A DNA stretch of 11,491 nt from positions 1-11,491 of the forward strand of contig JBBCAV010000137.1 of the NCBI GenBank assembly GCA_051382305.1. The letters run 5' to 3'. Positions 7,956-11,491 of the stretch are shown piece by piece (the stretch's first letter is position 1; each line of letters opens with the position of its first letter). The position numbers were made by a program, and so were the translations under genes. The notes beneath the pieces were generated by a model. The model ran no database searches. It saw only the letters and a program-made list of their open reading frames with translations, and had not been told where the DNA came from. Origin of the DNA: Bdellovibrionota bacterium FG-2 (lineage in GTDB: Bacteria; Bdellovibrionota; UBA1018).

Positions 7956-8309
7956 ATGTTCAAAACCCAAAATAAAGTCAAAGTCCTCATTCTGGCCATC
8001 GCTCTTACAGGAATGGGCATCGCCATGCCTAGTTGCCCGGGCCAGCAAGCCCTGCAGCAACAGGTCGATAAACTGACCACCCAGAATGCAGATACGACAA
8101 AGCGCATTCAAGCCCTTGACGAGCATGTCAAAACGCTCAATGGCGAAATGGCTCAAGCCAAACAACTGCTGCTGCAAATTACCAACGTGATTCAGGCTCA
8201 GAAGACAACGATTGAGCAACTCGAAGCCTCAATGAAATCCTCACCTGCTAAGGGCAAAGGCGCCAAAGCCGCTGCCGCAAAGACCGCGCCCAAGAAAAAA
8301 GGGAAATAG
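7956..8309 (+). CDS. Small coiled-coil putative lipoprotein with Lys/Ala-rich tail (117 aa)
   Basis: AGGAG at 7941-7945 before ATG 7956. Signal peptide ending MGIAMPS-C (atypical lipobox), a Gln-rich heptad helix, and the tail PAKGKGAKAAAAKTAPKKKGK. Confidence 0.8.
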   Translation: MFKTQNKVKVLILAIALTGMGIAMPSCPGQQALQQQVDKLTTQNADTTKRIQALDEHVKTLNGEMAQAKQLLLQITNVIQAQKTTIEQLEASMKSSPAKGKGAKAAAAKTAPKKKGK

Positions 8310-8315
8310 CTTCCA

Positions 8316-9221
8316 CTGACCGAGCATTTTTATCCTTACAGCCGCTACCTTCAAAAAACCTTTGGAGGTAAAACGTACAAGCTCGTTCTTTCAAGCGGCC
8401 TGAGCTGCCCCACACGTGACGGATCAATTGCCCGCGGAGGGTGCCGGTTTTGTGATGAACGCGGCTCAAGTTCCCACTTTGGCGCTCAAACAATCGATCA
8501 AACCCTGCCGGCCCTTCAAAAGCGATTCGGAGCGGAGCATTTTCTGGCCTATTTCCAGAGTTATACAAACACCTACGCTTCTGTTGAGAAGTTGAGTGAG
8601 CTTTATCGCGAAGCCCTGGCGCATCCCCAAATCAAAGGTCTTTGTATTGGCACCAGGCCGGATTGTTTACCCAATGAGGTCCTTGAACTCTTAGAATCAC
8701 TTGCTCAGACTGCGTATGTGAGCCTTGAGCTTGGCGTGCAATCTTTTGAGGACAAAACTCTGCAGTGGCTGGGCCGAGGCCATGATTCGGCCTGTGCCTT
8801 TGACGCCTTTGAACGAATCCATCGGATCGCCCCGCACGTCTCTACCTGCGTTCATCTGATGTTTGGCTCTCCCACCGATTCGGCGCACGTTTGGCGGGAC
8901 GCAGCGGGGCACCTGAATCGCTTTGTGGGCGCCCCTGTTCAGGGAGTTAAACTTCACCAGCTGATGGTCTTAGAGGGAACCGCAATAGGTGCGCAATGGA
9001 AAGATGCGCCGTTTCCCACGCTCTCGCTTGAGCAGTATTGTGAAGGACTCATCACGCTTCTCTCTCATCTTTCGCCCGAACTCTATGTGGAACGCCTCTA
9101 TGCCACTTCGTCCGAACCCGATAAATGCCTAGCTCCTAAGTGGAGTACACGAAGGTGGGATACGCATAACCAGATTGCGCGCGCGTTTGAGACGAAGGGG
9201 TTGAGACAGGGAAGCCGCTAA
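8316..9221 (+). CDS. TIGR01212 family (YhcC-like) radical SAM protein, ~301 aa; start uncertain (CTG proposed)
   Basis: The frame is open from 8310, upstream of the 8592 ORF call. It encodes YSRYLQKTFGGKTYKL, CPTRDGSIARGGCRFC (Cx11Cx2C, 8406-8453), YFQSYTNTYA, IGTRPDCL, ELGVQS and GVKLHQL. Confidence 0.92.
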   Translation: MTEHFYPYSRYLQKTFGGKTYKLVLSSGLSCPTRDGSIARGGCRFCDERGSSSHFGAQTIDQTLPALQKRFGAEHFLAYFQSYTNTYASVEKLSELYREALAHPQIKGLCIGTRPDCLPNEVLELLESLAQTAYVSLELGVQSFEDKTLQWLGRGHDSACAFDAFERIHRIAPHVSTCVHLMFGSPTDSAHVWRDAAGHLNRFVGAPVQGVKLHQLMVLEGTAIGAQWKDAPFPTLSLEQYCEGLITLLSHLSPELYVERLYATSSEPDKCLAPKWSTRRWDTHNQIARAFETKGLRQGSR

Positions 9222-9358
9222 AACACAAATGTAAGTCCAAAATTCAAACCTACAGCCCGGATTTCATCGCCCTTTCCGATTCTGACAGGCGAAAACCAGG
9301 CCCGAGCCTTGCTTTACATCCCCGAACAATCCAAGCAGCAACAAGATAAAACGCCATC

Positions 9359-9388
9359 TTGCCAATAGAAACATTTTTATGTTACCAT
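9359..9388 (+). promoter_or_regulatory. Putative sigma70 promoter of the TA operon with an overlapping palindromic operator
   Basis: TTGCCA (9359-9364)-N18-TACCAT (9383-9388) with a TGn extension. Imperfect palindrome ATAGAAACAT-TTTT-ATGTTACCAT at 9365-9388. Confidence 0.6.
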
Positions 9389-9401
9389 GAAAGAGCGATG
9401 A

Positions 9402-9719
9402 ATGAAATCGATCGAATTCTACACAACCGCGAATGGCAAAAAACCCTGCCAAGTATGGTTAGACTCACTCGAAAAATCATCCCGACGGAAGATCTTGGCA
9501 TATATTACACGTTTCGCAGCGGGCGGCGCAACCAGGAACCTTCGCGCTCTCGGAGGAGGTGTCTTCGAAATCAAAGTCGACTATGGACCGGGATTCAGGG
9601 TGTATTTTGCCGAGGTCGAAAACGTCCTGATTTTGCTCCTAGTCGGGGGCGACAAACGCACGCAGTTCCTCGACATTCAGAAGGCCAAGCACTATTGGAG
9701 AACATATGAAAAGAAGTAG
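9402..9719 (+). CDS. Type II TA toxin, RelE/ParE superfamily (HigB-like addiction module killer, TIGR02683-like)
   Basis: 105-aa basic protein with YTTANGKKP..WLDSL, LGGGVFEIKVDYGPGFRVYF and LLLVGGDKRTQ..DIQKAK.YW. Confidence 0.92.
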   Translation: MKSIEFYTTANGKKPCQVWLDSLEKSSRRKILAYITRFAAGGATRNLRALGGGVFEIKVDYGPGFRVYFAEVENVLILLLVGGDKRTQFLDIQKAKHYWRTYEKK

Positions 9720-10011
9720 TTCATTCGATGCTTACCTGAGCAAACAACTAGAAGATATTGTGTTCGCCCAAAAGTACATCTTAGATCTCATAGAAGGCGA
9801 CGACGGCCTATCTCTCGAAGAGGCGCTGCGCACAACCATTCGTCAGATGGGGGTGAAAGAATTCTGCGACCGCGCCCAGATGCGCAAGCAGAACGTGAAC
9901 GATTTTCTGTGCGCGCAACGCAACCTAAAACGGGGAACCCTTGACGCGTTTCTAAAACCCTTTGGTTTACGAACACGGATCATAGTGGAAAAGGCAGAGA
10001 AGGCTTCTTGA
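9706..10011 (+). CDS. Cognate XRE-HTH antitoxin (HigA / TIGR02684-like)
   Basis: 101 aa, overlapping the toxin 3' end by 14 nt. Acidic N-terminal half; HTH-like GVKEFCDRAQMRKQNVNDFL followed by TLDAFLKPFGL. Confidence 0.85.
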   Translation: MKRSSSFDAYLSKQLEDIVFAQKYILDLIEGDDGLSLEEALRTTIRQMGVKEFCDRAQMRKQNVNDFLCAQRNLKRGTLDAFLKPFGLRTRIIVEKAEKAS

Positions 10012-10023
10012 GATCCCCCCCCC

Positions 10024-11491
10024 TCACTCCAACGCACAGCTCAAAGTATAATCAAATTTCGCGTCCTTCTCCTTAGAATCAGTCCCCATCGAAGCGGCGT
10101 GTTGAATTGCATAAGGCGCCTTTATGAATTTGAAGCCCGAAACTTGGCCGCCAGTCAAGACCGCCTTCATCCGATGCATAGGGATCACTCCAAGAAACTT
10201 TCTGGGTCTCAAGTGAAACGACTTTGTATTTAAAAGAAGTTCTGGACTTTCGGCGGCCGCAAAACTGAATACGAAGTCCAAATCGAGTCGTTGGGCGTAC
10301 CGGCTAAACTCGAGCGACTTGAAAACATGCAGAGATTTTCTTCCGGGCGCCGTTGACACTACGTTCAATTCGTTACCGGCAAACGAAAACTCCAAAACTT
10401 CACCCGCCACCTGAGCCGTACATTCTAGCTTTGTAAAAACAGGGGTCATCGCATCCGCATTTTTGATTTGTTTCGGATCAAGGGCGATTGCATCCAAAAG
10501 CGCAACCACGCGGCTCATATGGGAAGCCTCCGCCAAGCGTCGAACATGGGAGTATTGGCCTCCTGCAAAAACATTGAATCGAGGATTCGAAAAAAGTAGG
10601 AGGATTGCGGAGACAATTTTCTCCTCAACCCCGTTATTCAAAGTAGCGGCCAAAGGACTATCAAACATCCCTCCCCTTTTATTTGGGTCCAAGCGAGGAT
10701 CGGAGAGGAGGAGTTGCGCAATTTCCAGCGAGCCCTCTTTCAAATCCGTCATCACTACTGCTAACGCCGAACCGTATCGCGAGTAATTAATATCGGCACT
10801 TGGGCTTTCCATCACCGCACGAATCATTTCGATATCCATTGATCCCAGAGCAAGACTAAAAGCTGTTTCGCGAAACTGACCTTCTTGATTAACGTTGAGC
10901 TCGGGAAACGAATGAATCAATCGCCGCACCAGAGCTGGCGAGCCCGTTTCAACTGCCGCGATGATTGGGGGCGCATGATAATAGGGGGTATTATAGAATT
11001 CATTCACATCGAACCCCTTTTCAGCCGCATCTAACAACAGATTAGCAATTTTCACTCCGGCTGCAGATTTCTGACTAAAATGTAGCAGATCTACAAAAAG
11101 TGCTCCGCTCGGGTGCAATCGCACGGGTTCACCGTAAACAGTGAACCGCGCCTCAATAATGGCCTGAGCTTTTGCGATATCGGAGTCAAAAGCACACATC
11201 TTAAGCGAGGTTTTAAGCATTTTTTCAAGCTCCGCCGGAACGTAAACCTCTCTCAGACTCTCCTTCAAAACCCCCATCAACTGCTCATCTGTCGCCCTTG
11301 AGAAGGCATAAGCCACGATTTTTCGCGTATTAAATGAATCCGGCTCATCTTGCCGAATCCGAAGCGCCTTGTAGATTGCTTCGTGCAGTTCAAGCGCCGC
11401 AAATTCCTGGGCGCTCAGCAAGCCAATAAGCTCTTTATCCAAGAACAAGGTTCCCTCGTCCGTATAATTCACAATCTGCTCAAAATTAGGT
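10024..11491 (-). CDS. Ankyrin-repeat multidomain protein, 5' end outside the window
   Basis: The frame stays open to the edge (PNFEQIVNYTDEG...). Ankyrin-like units: PPIIAAVETGSPALVRRLI..LNVN, ETAFSLALGSMDIEMIRAVM..ADIN, SLEIAQLLLSDPRLDPN and SPLAATLNNG. N-terminal AALELHEAIYKALR motif. Confidence 0.85.
   Translation of the reverse strand, partial: PNFEQIVNYTDEGTLFLDKELIGLLSAQEFAALELHEAIYKALRIRQDEPDSFNTRKIVAYAFSRATDEQLMGVLKESLREVYVPAELEKMLKTSLKMCAFDSDIAKAQAIIEARFTVYGEPVRLHPSGALFVDLLHFSQKSAAGVKIANLLLDAAEKGFDVNEFYNTPYYHAPPIIAAVETGSPALVRRLIHSFPELNVNQEGQFRETAFSLALGSMDIEMIRAVMESPSADINYSRYGSALAVVMTDLKEGSLEIAQLLLSDPRLDPNKRGGMFDSPLAATLNNGVEEKIVSAILLLFSNPRFNVFAGGQYSHVRRLAEASHMSRVVALLDAIALDPKQIKNADAMTPVFTKLECTAQVAGEVLEFSFAGNELNVVSTAPGRKSLHVFKSLEFSRYAQRLDLDFVFSFAAAESPELLLNTKSFHLRPRKFLGVIPMHRMKAVLTGGQVSGFKFIKAPYAIQHAASMGTDSKEKDAKFDYTLSCALE

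Noticed and set aside
8307-8309. Genome-wide TAG recoding or pyrrolysine
   Set aside because: TAG ends the toxin gene at the expected family length (9717-9719), and no conserved gene here has an internal TAG.
9222-9358. Possible nuclease gene remnant (one frame reads KIQTYSPDFIAL) or a terminator hairpin (TCGCC/GGCGA)
   Set aside because: The motif is too short, has no start codon and has no downstream (D/E)xK. The hairpin has a 5-bp stem, a long loop and no U-tract on the + strand.
23-11301. Short alternative-frame and antisense ORFs in the track (e.g. 23-268, 3527-3967, 8248-8568, 9359-9709, 10463-10786)
   Set aside because: They are shadows of better-supported genes and have no recognisable motifs or RBS.
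1-11491. tRNA, rRNA, IS/transposase, integrase or prophage genes
   Set aside because: None recognised. The intergenic gaps are short and lack the relevant signatures.

Overview
This window is bacterial chromosomal DNA. The gene types and order suggest a Bdellovibrionota/Oligoflexia-like or former deltaproteobacterial source; that is an inference, and no search was run. The core is a cell-elongation operon, mreC-mreD-mrdA(PBP2)-rodA, with no mreB, divergent from a shortened PpiD/SurA-N membrane chaperone. It is followed by a small coiled-coil putative lipoprotein and a TIGR01212/YhcC radical SAM gene. The left flank has a small secreted ORF behind a sigma28-like promoter and a ~460-aa secreted protein with a papain/NlpC-like Cys-His signature. 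The right flank has a toxin-first RelE/HigB-type toxin-antitoxin pair and a 5'-truncated ankyrin-repeat protein. Most notable observations: (1) bases 1-24 are a perfect inverted copy of the first codons of the PpiD-like gene (3173-3196); (2) the radical SAM gene has no ATG/GTG/TTG before its Fe-S motif and lies in frame right after the upstream gene's TAG; (3) two AACTTC-N9-GAAGTT palindromes lie 52 bp apart in a convergent intergenic gap; (4) a lipoprotein with Lpp-like architecture follows the elongasome operon.
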